Assembly (NCBI GenBank): GCA_951406725.2
Contig: OX597833.1
Span: 23,002,001-23,066,000, forward strand
Source: Octopus vulgaris
Taxonomy: Eukaryota
Length of the DNA stretch: 64,000 bases
Direction: 5' to 3'
In this document: positions 1-14,164 of the stretch, piece after piece
Position numbering within the stretch: position 1 is the stretch's first letter
How the letters are laid out: each line of letters starts with the position of its first letter
The notes under the pieces: model-generated
Told to the model about the DNA's origin: nothing
The model's database searches: none
Seen by the model: the letters and a program-made list of their open reading frames with translations, nothing else
Program-made: the position numbers and the translations under genes

Positions 1-374
1 ACTCCAATTAGTATTTCACGTCCAAAATTAAAGGAAAAAAAACACATCAGTTTGTCTACTAGGTTATATAATTAACATTATTATTCTATACGTGGGGGTG
101 GGTTGTCAGAGCCGCTGGAGTGCCAGACAATATATTCAACTATTTAGTTACACCCATAGTTCAAAAATACACACACACACACACATAAACAGGGTCTGTG
201 TGCATGAGCGTGTGTGTGATGGGGGTATGACTGCCGACGGGTGGATTGATGGAATGTAAGGACTCTGCATTACCTCTTAAAAAAAAATTACTGGGATATA
301 TAAAATAATTTAAATCGACTAAAAATCTTCGATAACAGAGCTCCAGTATGGCCAGAGAGCAACCAGTAAAACAG

Positions 375-700
375 AAGCAGGCGTGGCTGTGTGGTAAGAA
401 GCCTACTTCCAAACCACATGGTTCTGGGTTCGGTCCAACTGCCTGACACACCTTAAGGAAATGTCTTCTGTTAAAGCCCCGGGCCGACCAAAGCCTTGTG
501 TGCGAATTTGGTAGCTTGTGTAAATACATATACTCGTTAGTGTGTTTATTTATATACCAGTCACTCAGAAGCTCGGCAAAAAGGAACTTATAGGAAGAAT
601 ACTAGGTTTAGAAAAATAAGTGCTGGGGTCGATTTGTTCGACTAACCCTTCCAAGGAAGTGCCCCAGCATTTCCGCAGTCTAAATGATTTAAACAAGATA
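375..700 (+). mobile_element. tRNA-derived SINE, family B (CORE-like head plus 3' body), diverged
   Basis: Head GCAGGCGTGGCTGTGTGGTAAGAAG...GGTTCTGGGTTCGGTCC (A/B-box-like), then GGGCCGACCAAAGCCTTGTG; the same sequence recurs many times in the window. Confidence 0.75.
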
Positions 701-1003
701 TCTACATTTAAAAATGCTTCGTATGTGTTCGTGTGTGCATATTATTATTACTAGTGTGCGCGCGTGAGTAATAAGTTTCTATATGATATAATTTATGTGT
801 ATAACATTTACAGCGAGAGAGAGAGAGATTACTTTGGTTACCAAATCGTGTTACGTTACACTCACGTCTTTTGTACGTTTGCATGTCACACGCATAAATA
901 CACATAATGCGACTCACAAAAAGCTTTCAGCCCTGGAGCCAAGTCTATAACTCCAACCCCATATGTGTGTGTATATATATAATAGTCAATATAATCCCAT
1001 TGT

Positions 1004-1745
1004 AAGTTTAACTATATATTTCTTTATTGCCCACAAGGGGCTAAACATAGAGGGACAAACAAGGACAGACAAACGGATTAAGTCGATTACAACGAACCCC
1101 AGTGCGAAACTGGTACTTTATTTATCGACCCAGAAAGGATGAAAGGTAAAGTCGACCTCGGCGAAATTTGCCGAGGTCGACTTTACCTTTCATCCTTTCG
1201 GGGTCGATAAATTAAGTACCAGTTACGCACTGGGGTCGATGTAATCGACTTAATACCTATGTCTGTCGTTGTTTGTCCCCTCTATGTTTAGCCCCTTGTG
1301 GGTAATAAAGAAATAGGTATTTCGTCTGCCGCTACGTTCTGAGTTCAAATTCCGCCGAGGTCGACTTTGCCTTTCATCCTTTCGGGGTCGATAAATTAAG
1401 TACCAGTTACGCACTGGGGTCGATGTAATCGACTTAATACCTATGTCTGTCCTTGTTTGTCCCCTCTATGTTTAGCCCCTTGTGGGTAATAAAGAAATAG
1501 GTATTTCGTCTGCCGCTACGTTCTGAGTTCAAATTCCGCCGAGGTCGACTTTGCCTTTCATCCTTTCGGGGTCGATAAATAAAGACCAGTTTTGCACTAG
1601 GGATCGTTGTAATCGACTTAATCCGTTTGTCTGTCCTTGTTTGTCCTCTCTATATTTAGCCCCTTGTGGGCAATAAAGAAATATATAGTTAAACTTCGCT
1701 AAGCATTTCGCCCGGCGTGCTAACGTTTCTGCCAGCTCGCCGCCT
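1004..1745. mobile_element. Rearranged SINE family A cluster: minus-strand copy interrupted by a foldback and three tandem plus-strand copies of the 3' body
   Basis: 1016-1170 is the reverse complement of the SINE 3' body; 1170-1690 holds three ~180 bp plus-strand repeats (GAGGTCGACTTTGCCTTTCATCCTTTCGGGGTCGATAAA); 1700-1745 is the reverse-complement SINE head. Confidence 0.8.
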
Positions 1746-3081
1746 TAAACCGTGACTATAAGACAGTGTTCTAACCTACAGCAGGTCGGTTAAAACAACG
1801 TGTATAAATATAAAATGTAATGATATATTCAATCACACACACACAAAACTAAGTAGGTCTTATCACGACGCGGAATACAATTAAGAATTTAAAAGATTTG
1901 GACAGAAACTTATAGAAAGACTTCGTATGTGATATGGAGATAGCTGGACTTTGTGATGGCGAAGATAATCTATTTGTTACTATTCTCTCTTCCTCAATCA
2001 GCCGGACGTCATTCATACACAAATTCCGTGTGTGTGTGTGTACAACAAAGTCTATATTGAACTTTGTGACGATCGTTGGATATGGTGTACTCAAAACATG
2101 AGTTAGACCTGTAGTAGATATTATAGCCTCTCTCTCTTCACCAACTGGAACACTGTTCAATGAAGCCACCGCATACATACATATGAATACACACCACAAG
2201 AAATACATGCGGACATGCCTCAACTTAGGTAGTTCCGAGGCTAAAAAACGGAAAAAATAAACCTCAACTGCAGTCGATTCATCCGTTCTCGGCAAACATT
2301 AAAAAGCATATAAATTTGAAAAACAAAACAAAAAAAAACACTTAAAAACCAATGCTTCAGAGAGAAAGTCACTAAAATACATGTGAAAACTTGTACAAAT
2401 CATTTATTAAAACATACAAGCTAAGAATTTTGAAATGCTTTTCGTTTTGGGATCTTTAGCCGCATGTTCTGGAACCAACTGTCGATGAAAATTGAGGCGT
2501 GCTCCTGTGTATGTGTAAGGATATATGTGTGCTTGCGTTCCGATGTTGTTTCCTTTACACATGGAAAGCGAAGCAGATGTGATAGTATAGTAATACACAT
2601 CTCTTTGTCTCTTTTTAAGTTTCAGTCACGAGATTCTGGTCACGATGAGGTACAACAATTAAAAATTTCACGGATCATAGCAATCCGAGTACTTATCGTT
2701 CCCTATTTGACGAACAGCAAAGTTACGAGACAATGTTAGCAGGTTAGAGAAGTTAGTGTGGGTGTAACCTGATGTCATAAGAATCTCTAAATTTCCGAAA
2801 GAACGTGAAGTCATTTTTTGGAACAGTGGATCTCGAAGCACTTAAAGCTATAATCGCATGCAAATATTGGGTTGAAAAACCCCCTTCGATAGAAAAGGTT
2901 GAAGGCTGCTGCGCTCTGAAATCCACAGTTCCAATATATACATATCCCTACACATTTTTTTCCCCTCCTCAATCTTTTCTGTCTTTGACTTTTACCATTC
3001 TTCTCGAGAGTCAAACTAAAACACCTACTTGTTCCCGTCACCTGTCTTCGCTTTTTGTCTTCTATAAATAGGAACTATATA

Positions 3082-3210
3082 CAGGGTGATTCAAAAGTCA
3101 CCATACATAAGAACAATTTTTTTTTATAAGAAACAGTTTTTTAAAAATTTAACTGTTTCTTATAAAAAAAATAAATTTTTCCTATGTATGGTGATTTTTC
3201 AATCACCCTG
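3082..3210. mobile_element. Palindromic Tc1/mariner-type MITE
   Basis: TA|CAGGGTGATT...AATCACCCTG|TA: almost entirely inverted-repeat, flanked by TA target duplication, no coding capacity. Confidence 0.8.
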
Positions 3211-3214
3211 TATA

Positions 3215-3362
3215 AATTTTTTCTCTCCTTGTTTCTTTCTGTGGAAGAGCGTAGGCTCGAAACGTAAAAGACTTTTTCAATTCCTGAGCGTTATACTAAT
3301 ACATCTGTTTGTTTTCTACACCACCTGTCTTCGCCTTTTGCTTTTTTTCGTGAATTCTCCCT
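3215..3362 (+). mobile_element. Penelope-like pLTR fragment containing a minimal type I hammerhead-like motif (3234-3271)
   Basis: TCTTT-CTGTGGA-A-GAGC-GTAG-GCTC-GAAAC-GTA-AAAGA: stem I, stem II, palindromic ACGU stem III; a related diverged fragment lies at ~2990-3070. Confidence 0.55.
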
Positions 3363-3385
3363 ATATATATATATATATATAGGGG

Positions 3386-3416
<31 letters not shown>

Positions 3417-3596
3417 ACAGAGACAGAGAGAGACGGAGGGAGGGGAAGGTACAGTGTCCGAATAGCGACATAAAGAAGGACCTCCAGTGCGAACCAGAAA
3501 ATAGATGTTTATACATGCGTCCATAATATATAGTTTCAACATACATGGAACAAAAAAAAATTAACCATCTTATACAACATGAAATACATATGTAAG

Positions 3597-3637
<41 letters not shown>

Positions 3638-3645
3638 GCACGTGT

Positions 3646-3685
<40 letters not shown>

Positions 3686-3688
<3 letters not shown>

Positions 3689-3975
3689 TTTATTTAAAGC
3701 AGCAGAAAATTCAACAAAACCTGTTACTCTGAGTTTCCCGTTGCCGTTCATCGGACAGTTTTTGCTAGCAAAAACTGTTTCTGCTGCTTTAAATAAAGCA
3801 TATTACTCTACCACTGGTATTTGAGTACTACCGGAGTAAACACATAAATGTGAAACAAGGTGGAAAAAAGAGTACTCAAATACCAGTGGTAGAGTAATAT
3901 GCTTTATTTAAAGCAGCAGAAACAGTTTTTGCTAGCAAAAACTGTCCGATGAATGGCAACGGGAAACTCAGAAAA
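3686..3975. mobile_element. Penelope-like repeat with nested inverted segments and a hammerhead-like motif (minus strand 3721-3758)
   Basis: ~3728-3829 is inverted at ~3870-3972 (with an internal deletion); the same family occurs un-rearranged at 62595-62750. Confidence 0.55.
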
Positions 3976-4260
3976 ATATAGCTAGATAATTTTGTTTTTT
4001 CTTCTTACCCTTATCTGGCGTTTATGTCCTTGTATCTGGGGGCCGACCGTAAACGGGTACGTAATGTCAACTTCCTGCTTATATGTTTGGTGGACGGTGA
4101 GAAATTTCAATGTCAGCTGTCTCCTATGACTATAACCATGTCCACTCATAATAGCTAAACGAAATTTAACAGAACATTGCTTATTGTTCACATCGCTTGT
4201 CTGGTACGAAATCCCAATAAAACACTTTCCCATCTAAAAGGTGAATTATTGCCTTGTATA

Positions 4261-4330
4261 CGAGGGGTTGCTGAAAAGTTCTTGGCTTTTGAGTAAAAGG
4301 AAATACAGAAGGATCAGTTGGTTATGATTT
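4261..4330 (+). mobile_element. Mariner-like terminal inverted repeat fragment
   Basis: TA|CGAGGGGTTGCTGAAAAGTT resembles irritans-type mariner ends; no partner TIR identified. Confidence 0.35.
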
Positions 4331-4771
4331 TATACAATGTATATTGTATTGTTAACAGTCCTTCAGCTTTTCTAGGCCCTGTACGAGATCTCGGAAGGTT
4401 GAGCCTCCAGCCAGGCCTTTCGCGACACCCTAGAGGCGGGAATTTTTCAGCATCCCCTCGTGTGTGTGTGTGTGTAACAAAACAGGAGGTATATTTCCAC
4501 GCAGGAAAAAATTTAGGAAAATTTGTTGTTGAAAATGCACCTAAATTTGAAAAACTTGTAATTGTTTTTAAATAAATATATATACACACATACCAAACTA
4601 GTTTCAACGCTATTTTTTGTTTGTCAATGGTAAAAAATTTAAATTATGAATTAGGAAAACATGTTTAAAAGTTTCAATAATATCAAATATAATTTAAATA
4701 TTCATAACATTCAATAATATAAAAATTGTGGATCATCTTGTTTAAATGCACAAAATTCAATAAAGTTAGAA

Positions 4772-4814
<43 letters not shown>

Positions 4815-4816
<2 letters not shown>

Positions 4817-5022
4817 CCGCGTGTGTATCGTTGGCGATTTTTTTCCCGTCTTCCCTTCCTTGGATCTTTCCTTTTCCTATGTTTCTCACGAAGAGCTCCG
4901 CTCGACACGTTAAATCCCCCTTCTTTCTTTCCTTTCTTGAGCGTCCAATAACACTATACTTGTTCCACGTCCTCGCATTGTTGTGTTTTCTCTTTGTGGT
5001 TTCATGTTAGGATTAACTATAT
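4815..5022 (+). mobile_element. Penelope-like pLTR fragment with a degenerate hammerhead-like motif (4882-4914)
   Basis: TTT-CTCACGA-A-GAGC-TCC-GCTC-GACAC-GTT-AAA; a reverse-complement relative occurs at ~40265-40380. Confidence 0.45.
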
Positions 5023-5029
5023 ATATATA

Positions 5030-5225
5030 TTACGGAGATGTACTTGCATAGCGAGTGACTTGATCTGAAATCGTATGCTGGAACGAAAACAATTGCAGCG
5101 TGGAAGGTGTTTATAAGCCATTTAAGAAACACACAAAAACCGTTAGATTCACTTCAACATTTAATTTAATTTGTCAAAATATTTTCGTCGCTTTGAGACC
5201 GCGACTTGTTCACTGACAAAACTTC
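5030..5225 (-). mobile_element. Dispersed repeat, probably Penelope-like pLTR
   Basis: Near-identical to 47931-48110; minus strand contains TTTGTCA-GTGAACA-A-GTCGC...GCGAC-GAAAATATTT-TGACAAA, a hammerhead-like fold. Confidence 0.5.
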
Positions 5226-5235
5226 GTGCTGCATC

Positions 5236-5311
<76 letters not shown>

Positions 5312-5359
5312 AAACAAACCCTTATCTGCCGTTTTCTTTCGTTTTCAGGATGATAGGCT

Positions 5360-5770
5360 GCAATCAGGTGGCGGGGTAGCAGAATCGTTAATGAAGATGA
5401 ACAAAAAGATTAGCAATATTTCTTCCGGTTCTTTACCTTCTGTGTTCAAATTCCGCCAAGTTAATTTTACCTTTCATCTTTTCGTGCTCGATAAAACAAT
5501 TATCAGTTGAGCACTCGGGTTGATGTAATCAACCAACCTCTTTCCAGCGAAAGTACTGACCTTGTGCCAAAATTTGAAGATATTATTACATTTTAGCACA
5601 TCTGACAAAATGATTGATAATATTTTTTTTTTGTTATTTGCGTTTCGATTTCAAATGCTGCTTTCATAGTTTTGGGGCCGATAAATTAGTTCTAGCTGAG
5701 CACTGGAGTCGATGTCATCGACTTCACCCCACCTAAAAATTGCAGGCTTTGAGCCAAAAGTAGGAAAACA
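5360..5770 (+). mobile_element. Two diverged SINE family A-related copies
   Basis: GTTCAAATTCCGCC...CCTTTCATC...GATAAA...CAGTTGAGCACT motifs shared with family A. Confidence 0.5.
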
Positions 5771-6095
5771 AAATTAAAAATTAGTAAGCTGTAATTTGAA
5801 AGACACTAACTGCCATTTCTAGCATACGGAACATTCACATGCATTTTGCCATTAACCCCGTCAAGGATTTAGAAATTTATAAATATCGGTTATATGCTAT
5901 ATTCAGTTCAAATGACAAACTTCTGGATCTGTTCCAACTTTAGAATTAGTCGAGCACTAATGGAATCGTACTGATAGCTATTTAATTTCACTTTACATTC
6001 CGAGTTTAAATACTGACGGCGCTGACATTGACTTTATTATTCCTGTATTAGTAAAATGAATACCAGTCATATACTAGGATTGATATACGCATATA

Positions 6096-6585
6096 CAGGG
6101 TCAGGCAAAATGATCTGACACATCTGTAGGTTAAATAAAAGGCAAATGAAGTAAAGAAACAAAAAGTGTTTTTATTTTTGAAAAGTACATATAATGCCAT
6201 TTTGTTTCATTATGTTTAAAAAATTAAATCAGTCAAATGGGATCCATTATTGTCCACACACTGTCGAAGGCATTCACGAAAGTTGTCAATAACTCGGCGG
6301 GTAATTTCATGTGGAATGGCAGTAATTTCTTGACGAATTGCATCTTTAAGTTGTTCAATAGATCGAGGGTGATTAATGTATACCTTTGACTTGAGGTATC
6401 CCCAGAGAAAAAAATCGCACGGATTTAAATCAGTTGAACGGGCGGGCCAACCGATGTCACCACACAATGAGATCAAATGACCAGGGAACATATTCCTCAA
6501 AATCCCCATCGCACGTCGAGAAGTGTGGGCTGTTGCCCCATCCTGTTGAAACCAAACATTGTCCATATCGTGGAGCATATTCGAT
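6096..6585 (-). mobile_element. Tc1/mariner DD41D (rosa/Visitor-type) transposon, 3' fragment with terminal inverted repeat
   Basis: ORF 6216-6578: [10 protein letters not shown]...[20 protein letters not shown], with 41 residues between the second and third catalytic Asp; TA|CAGGGTCAGGCAAAA terminus at 6096; 5' part missing. Confidence 0.9.
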
Positions 6586-6629
6586 TTTGGTCTGAGAAAA
6601 ATCTCTGATTTAAATCCGTGCGATTTTTT

Positions 6630-6920
6630 TCTCTGTGTCTTCTGCTATAGCCCCGGGCCGACCTATGCCTTGTGAGTGGATTTGGTAGACGGAAACTGAA
6701 AGAAGCCCGTCGTATATATGTATATATATATGTGTGTGTGCGTGTATGCTTGTGTGTCTGTGTTAGTCCCCCTAGCATTGGTGTGTTTACGTCCCCGTTA
6801 CTTAGCGGTTCGGCAAAAGAGACCGATAGAAAAAGTACTGGGCTTACAAAAGAATAGGTCCCGGGGTCGAGTTGCTCGATTAAAGGCGCGGTCAAATGAC
6901 TGAACAACGAGTAAAAGAGT
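6630..6920 (+). mobile_element. SINE family B, 5'-truncated
   Basis: GTGTCTTCTGCTATAGCCCCGGGCCGACC...GGAAACTGAAAGAAGCCCGTCG, internal (TA)n(TG)n, then 3' body ending GAGTAAAAGAGT. Confidence 0.75.
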
Positions 6921-6924
6921 ATGT

Positions 6925-7237
<313 letters not shown>

Positions 7238-8560
7238 TTGAAGCCTAACAGTGTTACCAAAAAAGACATAAGTTTGGAACGGTTCCACAGACAAAGCTAC
7301 AAAATCCTTCTTGCGCATTTCCCGGCCATGTTTACGAATAACAAAATATACCAAACTCAACAGCATTGAGACTTAAATCTTACATTAACAGCTTCAAAGA
7401 ACGCTAGATCTTCGATTGCCTAAGATGTCTGCGTAGGTGGAATGGCAAGAAGGGACGCGTCCAGTTTATACTCCGAGGTAGCAATACAAGGATTAACCAA
7501 AGTAATTATTCTAAATCTTTAAAATTGATAAATTCAAATTATGCAATAGAAGTAGATCTATAATAAAGCATTACACTGTGTAACAAAAACTTTTTTTGGT
7601 GTTAATGGTGGGGCTCTTTGACCAGTAAGTGTTATTTCCTATTTTCTTTTATCTAGAAATCAAAGGAAACTACTACTATTCTTTTCAAACCATGCTTTTG
7701 TGACCTCGACAGCAATGTTTTGAAATTGACCTATCTTCCATTATATTTCAGACAAAATCAACGCTGAGTAGCCGAAGCAGAAATATCGTTTTAGCAAAAA
7801 CTCTACTTGACCTCAGCAACTTGAGCATGTCCCATAGCGGCTGACATTATGTGCTTCTCTGATCATGACTAGGAATAGTGGGGGGAACATTATAGCCATG
7901 TGTTGAGAGGCATTCTTTGGGGGTAACAAAGAATGTAACAAAAGCAAAGATTTAAGGGAATATTAGCCACTTTTGAAACTTTCTAGGGGTAAGCTAAGCA
8001 AAGAGTAAATGCAGTTGCTATCCAAGGACAAGAATCGTGTTACACAGTGTTATCATACTTAAAGTACATCATACTTAAATTTTTGTGTAGTTCAAACGCC
8101 AGCAGCTGCGGTTTTCGTCCGGGATATTTCCTCAATAAACGTAGTGTTAAAGGACACGCTATACTTCAGCGATTTCGTTTCGTCAAGCTCTGAAGTAGGT
8201 TGTGTTCTTTAATGCAATTACGTCTATAAAGGAATTTTTCCGGACGAAAGCGCAGCTTCTGGAGTTTCAACCACACACACACGTTAAAGTATATCGATGT
8301 TTTCTGGTGTCCCACTGATGCAGCTGATTGTCGTCCCAGGGAGAGCAAATAACACGTTGGATGCGATTACTTCAAAAGAGGAAGCTGATAGAATGAAATG
8401 TCTAAGGGGAGAAGAAAACTGATATCGAAGATTCATGAACGCTGAACGCAGCTGTATGCCAAATCTCATACCTTCAACTTTCTTTTAAGGGTTTCTACAA
8501 TCATTTTAGGACACATAAATCACGACATTAAGAGATGGAAATGATTATGATGATGATAAG

Positions 8561-8725
8561 TGCAGGCATGGTTGTGCGGTTTAGAAGTTCGCTTCGCAAC
8601 ATGTAGTTTCGGGTTCATTCTTACTGCCCGAAACTTTGAGCAAGTGTCTTTTGCAATATACCCTGGCCAACCAATGCCCTGTGAATGAATTTAGCTGACG
8701 GAAACTATGAGAAAGCCTGTCGTGT
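8561..8725 (+). mobile_element. SINE family B head, diverged, directly upstream of the array
   Basis: GCAGGCATGGTTGTGCGGTTTAGAAG...GGAAACTATGAGAAAGCCTGTCG followed by (TA)n that grades into (TAA)n. Confidence 0.7.
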
Positions 8726-8747
8726 ATATATATATATATATATATAT

Positions 8748-8820
<73 letters not shown>

Positions 8821-8916
8821 TAATAATAATAATAATAATAATTAATAATTATAATAATAATAATAATAATAAAAATAATAATAATAAAAATATAAAAATA
8901 ATAATAATAATAATAA

Positions 8917-8947
<31 letters not shown>

Positions 8948-9552
8948 AAGAAGCTCAGGACTCAAAGCAGAGACAGAGGGATTTTTAATTGCAGCACAAG
9001 ACCAAAGCCTCCCCACCAGAAATTACCAAAAACATGTAATGAAAAGAAGTATTACAAGTAACTGCAGAATATGTGGAGATGGACAAGAAACAATAAATCA
9101 TATTATCTCTAGCTGCCCAGTCCTGGCTAAGAAGGAATATATTCACAGACATGACAAATTTGGAACCTACACACATTGGAAGCTATGTCAACATTATGGA
9201 ATAACAACAGAAAAAAGATGGTATAGGCACACACCAGAAAAGGTCACAGAAAACGAGAAAGCAACCATACTCTGGGATATGCCGATACACACAGATAGAG
9301 AAATTAAGGCCAACAGACCAGATATAGTTGTCAGAGACCATGAACAAAAAAATGCTTTCTAATTGATGTATCAATACCGGCTGATGACAACGTGTCTCTA
9401 AAAGAAATGGAGAAACTCTCAAAATACAAAGACCTGGAAATAGAGGTAACTAGAATGTGGAATCTGAAAACAGAAACAATTCCTATCATAGTAGGTGCAT
9501 TAGGCATGATAAAAAAATATTCAGACAAATACATAACAAAAACATAAAACTA

Positions 9553-9648
<96 letters not shown>

Positions 9649-10305
9649 CATAATGATAATAATAATAATAATAATAATAAGAAGAAGAAGAAGAAGAAGA
9701 AGCTCAGGACTCAAAGCAGAGACAGAGGGATTTTTAATTGCAGCACAAGACCAAAGCCTCCCCACCAGAAATTACCAAAAACATGTAATGAAAAGAAATA
9801 TTACAAGTAACTGCAGAATATGTGGAGATGGACAAGAAACAATAAATCATATTATCTCTAGCTGCCCAGTCCTGGCTAAGAAGGAATATATTCACAGACA
9901 TGACAAAGTTGGAACCTACATACATTGAAAGCTATGTCAACATTATGGAATAACAACAGAAAAAAGATGGTATAGGCACACACCAGAAAAGGTCACAGAA
10001 AACGAGAAAGCAACCATACTCTGGGATATGCCGATACACACAGATAGAGAAATTAAGGCCAACAGACCAGATATAGTTGTCAGAGACCATGAAGAAAAAA
10101 ATGCTTTCTAATTGATGTATCAATACCGGCTGATGACAACGTGTCTCTAAAAGAAATGGAGAAACTCTCAAAATACAAAGACCTGGAAATAGAGGTAACT
10201 AGAATGTGGAATCTGAAAACAGAAACAATTCCTATCATAGTAGGTGCATTAGACATGATAAAAAAAAATATATTCAGACAAATACATAACAAAAACATAA
10301 AACTA

Positions 10306-10387
<82 letters not shown>

Positions 10388-10389
10388 TA

Positions 10390-10544
<155 letters not shown>

Positions 10545-11135
10545 AAGAAGAAGCTCAGGACTCAAAGCAGAGACAGAGGGATTTTTAATTGCAGCACAAG
10601 ACCAAAGCCTCCCCACCAGAAATTACCAAAAACATGTAATGAAAAGAAATATTACAAGTAACTGCAGAATATGTGGAGATGGACAAGAAACAATAAATCA
10701 TATTATCTCTAGCTGCCCAGTCCTGGCTAAGAAGGAATATATTCACAGACATGACAAAGTTGGAACCTACATACATTGGAAGCTATGTCAACATTATGGA
10801 ATAACAACAGAAAAAAGATGGTATAGGCACACACCAGAAAAGGTCACAGAAAACGAGAAAGCAACCATACTCTGGGATATGCCGATACACACAGATAGAG
10901 AAATTAAGGCCAACAGACCAGATATAGTTGTCAGAGACCATGAAGAAAAAAATGCTTTCTAATTGATGTATCAATACCGGCTGATGACAACGTGTCTCTA
11001 AAAGAAATGGAGAAACTCTCAAAATACAAAGACCTGGAAATAGAGGTAACTAGAATGTGGAATCTGAAAACAGAAACAATTCCTATCATAGTAGGTGCAT
11101 TAGGCATGATAAAAAATAAAAATATAAAAAAAATA

Positions 11136-11241
<106 letters not shown>

Positions 11242-11879
11242 GAAGAAGAAGAAGAAGAAGAAGAAGAAGAAGAAGAAGCTCAGGACTCAAAGCAGAGACA
11301 GAGGGATTTTTAATTGCAGCACAAGACCAAAGCCTCCCCACCAGAAATTACCAAAAACATGTAATGAAAAGAAATATTACAAGTAACTGCAGAATATGTG
11401 GAGATGGACAAGAAACAATAAATCATATTATCTCTAGCTGCCCAGTCCTGGCTAAGAAGGAATATATTCACAGACATGACAAAGTTGGAACCTACATACA
11501 TTGGAAGCTATGTCAACATTATGGAATAACAACAGAAAAAAGCTGGTATAGGCACACACCAGAAAAGGTCACAGAAAACGAGAAAGCAACCATATTCTGG
11601 GATATGCCCATACACACAGATAGAGAAATTAAGGCCAACAGACCAGATATAGTTGTCAGAGACCATGAAGAAAAAAAATGCATTCTAGTTGATGTATCAA
11701 TACCGGCTGATGACAATGTGTCTCTAAAAGAAATGGAGAAACTCTCAAAATACAAAGACCTGGAAATAGAGGTAACTAGAATGTGGAATCTGAAAACAGA
11801 AACAATTCCTATCATAGTAGGTGCATTAGGCATGATAAAAATATTCAGACAAATACATAACAAAAACATAAAACTACTG

Positions 11880-12002
<123 letters not shown>

Positions 12003-12636
12003 AAGCTCAGGACTCAAAGCAGAGACAGAGGGATTTTTAATTGCAGCACAAGACCAAAGCCTCCCCACCAGAAATTACCAAAAACATGTAATGAAAAGAA
12101 ATATTACAAGTAACTGCAGAATATGTGGAGATGGACAAGAAACAATAAATCATATTATCTCTAGCTGCCCAGTCCTGGCTAAGAAGGAATATATTCACAG
12201 ACATGACAAAGTTGGAACCTACATACATTGGAAGCTATGTCAACATTATGGAATAACAACAGAAAAAAGATGGTATAGGCACACACTAGAAAAGGTCACA
12301 GAAAACGAGAAAGCAAACATACTCTGGGATATGCCGATATACACAGATAGAGAAATTAAGGCCAACAGACCAGATATAGTTGTCAGAGACCATGAAGAAA
12401 AAAAATGCTTTCTAATTGATGTATCAATACCGGCTGATGACAACGTGTCTCTAAAAGAAATGGAGAAACTCTCAAAATACAAAGACCTGGAAATAGAGGT
12501 AACTAGAATGTGGAATCTGAAAACAGAAACAATTCCTATCATAGTAGGTGCATTAGGCATGATAAAAAAAATATTCAGACAAATACATAACAAAAACATA
12601 AAACTACTGATTAATAATAATAATAATAATAATAAC

Positions 12637-12672
<36 letters not shown>

Positions 12673-13297
12673 GAAGAAGAAGAAGAAGAAGAAGAAGCTC
12701 AGGACTCAAAGCTGAGACAGAGGGATTTTTAATTGCAGCACAAGACCAAAGCCTCCCCACCAGAAATTACCAAAAACATGTAATGAAAAGAAATATTACA
12801 AGTAACTGCAGAATATGTGGAGATGGACAAGAAACAATAAATCATATTATCTCTAGCTGCCCAGTCCTGGCTAAGAAGGAATATATTCACAGACATGACA
12901 AAGTTGGAACCTACACACATTGGAAGCTATGTCAACATTATGGAATAACAACAGAAAAAAAGATGGTATAGGCACACACCAGAAAAGGTCACAGAAAACG
13001 AGAAAGCAACCATACTCTGGGATATGCCGATATACACAGATAGAGAAATTAAGGCCAACAGACCAGATATAGTTGTCAGAGACCATGAAGAAAAAAATGC
13101 TTTCTAATTGATGTATCAATACCGGCTGATGACAACGTGTCTCTAAAAGAAATGGAGAAACTCTCAAAATACAAAGACCTGGAAATAGAGGTAACTAGAA
13201 TGTGGAATCTGAAAACAGAAACAATTCCTATCAAAGTAGGTGCATTAGGCATGATAAAAAAATATTCAGACAAATACATAACAAAAACATAAAACTA

Positions 13298-13438
<141 letters not shown>

Positions 13439-14041
13439 AAGCTCAGGACTCAAAGCAGAGACAGAGGGATTTTTAATTGCAGCACAAGACCAAAGCCTCC
13501 CCACCAGAAATTACCAAAAACATGTAATGAAAAGAAATATTACAAGTAACTGCAGAATATGTGGAGATGGACAAGAAACAATAAATCATATTATCTCTAG
13601 CTGCCCAGTCCTGGCTAAGAAGGAATATATTCACAGACATGACAAAGTTGGAACCTACATACATTGGAAGCTATGTCAACATTATGGAATAACAACAGAA
13701 AAAAGATGGTATAGGCACACACCAGAAAAGGTCACAGAAAACGAGAAAGCAACCATACTCTGGGATATGCCGATACACACAGATAGAGAAATTAAGGCCA
13801 ACAGACCAGATATAGTTGTCAGAGACCATGAAGAAAAAAAATGCTTTCTAATTGATGTATCAATACCGGCTGATGACAACGTGTCTCTAAAAGAAATGGA
13901 GAAACTCTCAAAATACAAAGACCTGGAAATAGAGGTAACTAGAATGTGGAATCTGAAAACAGAAACAATTCCTATCATAGTAGGTGCATTAGGCATGATA
14001 AAAAAATATTCAGACAAATACATAACAAAAACATAAATCTA

Positions 14042-14085
<44 letters not shown>

Positions 14086-14087
14086 AA

Positions 14088-14152
<65 letters not shown>

Positions 14153-14164
14153 AAGAAGAAGAAT

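Noticed and set aside
375-440. tRNA genes at SINE heads
   Set aside because: Only A/B-box-like remnants attached to SINE bodies; no cloverleaf
1849-2295. 148 aa minus-strand ORF
   Set aside because: No recognisable domain, non-ATG start, crosses microsatellites, no convincing splice structure
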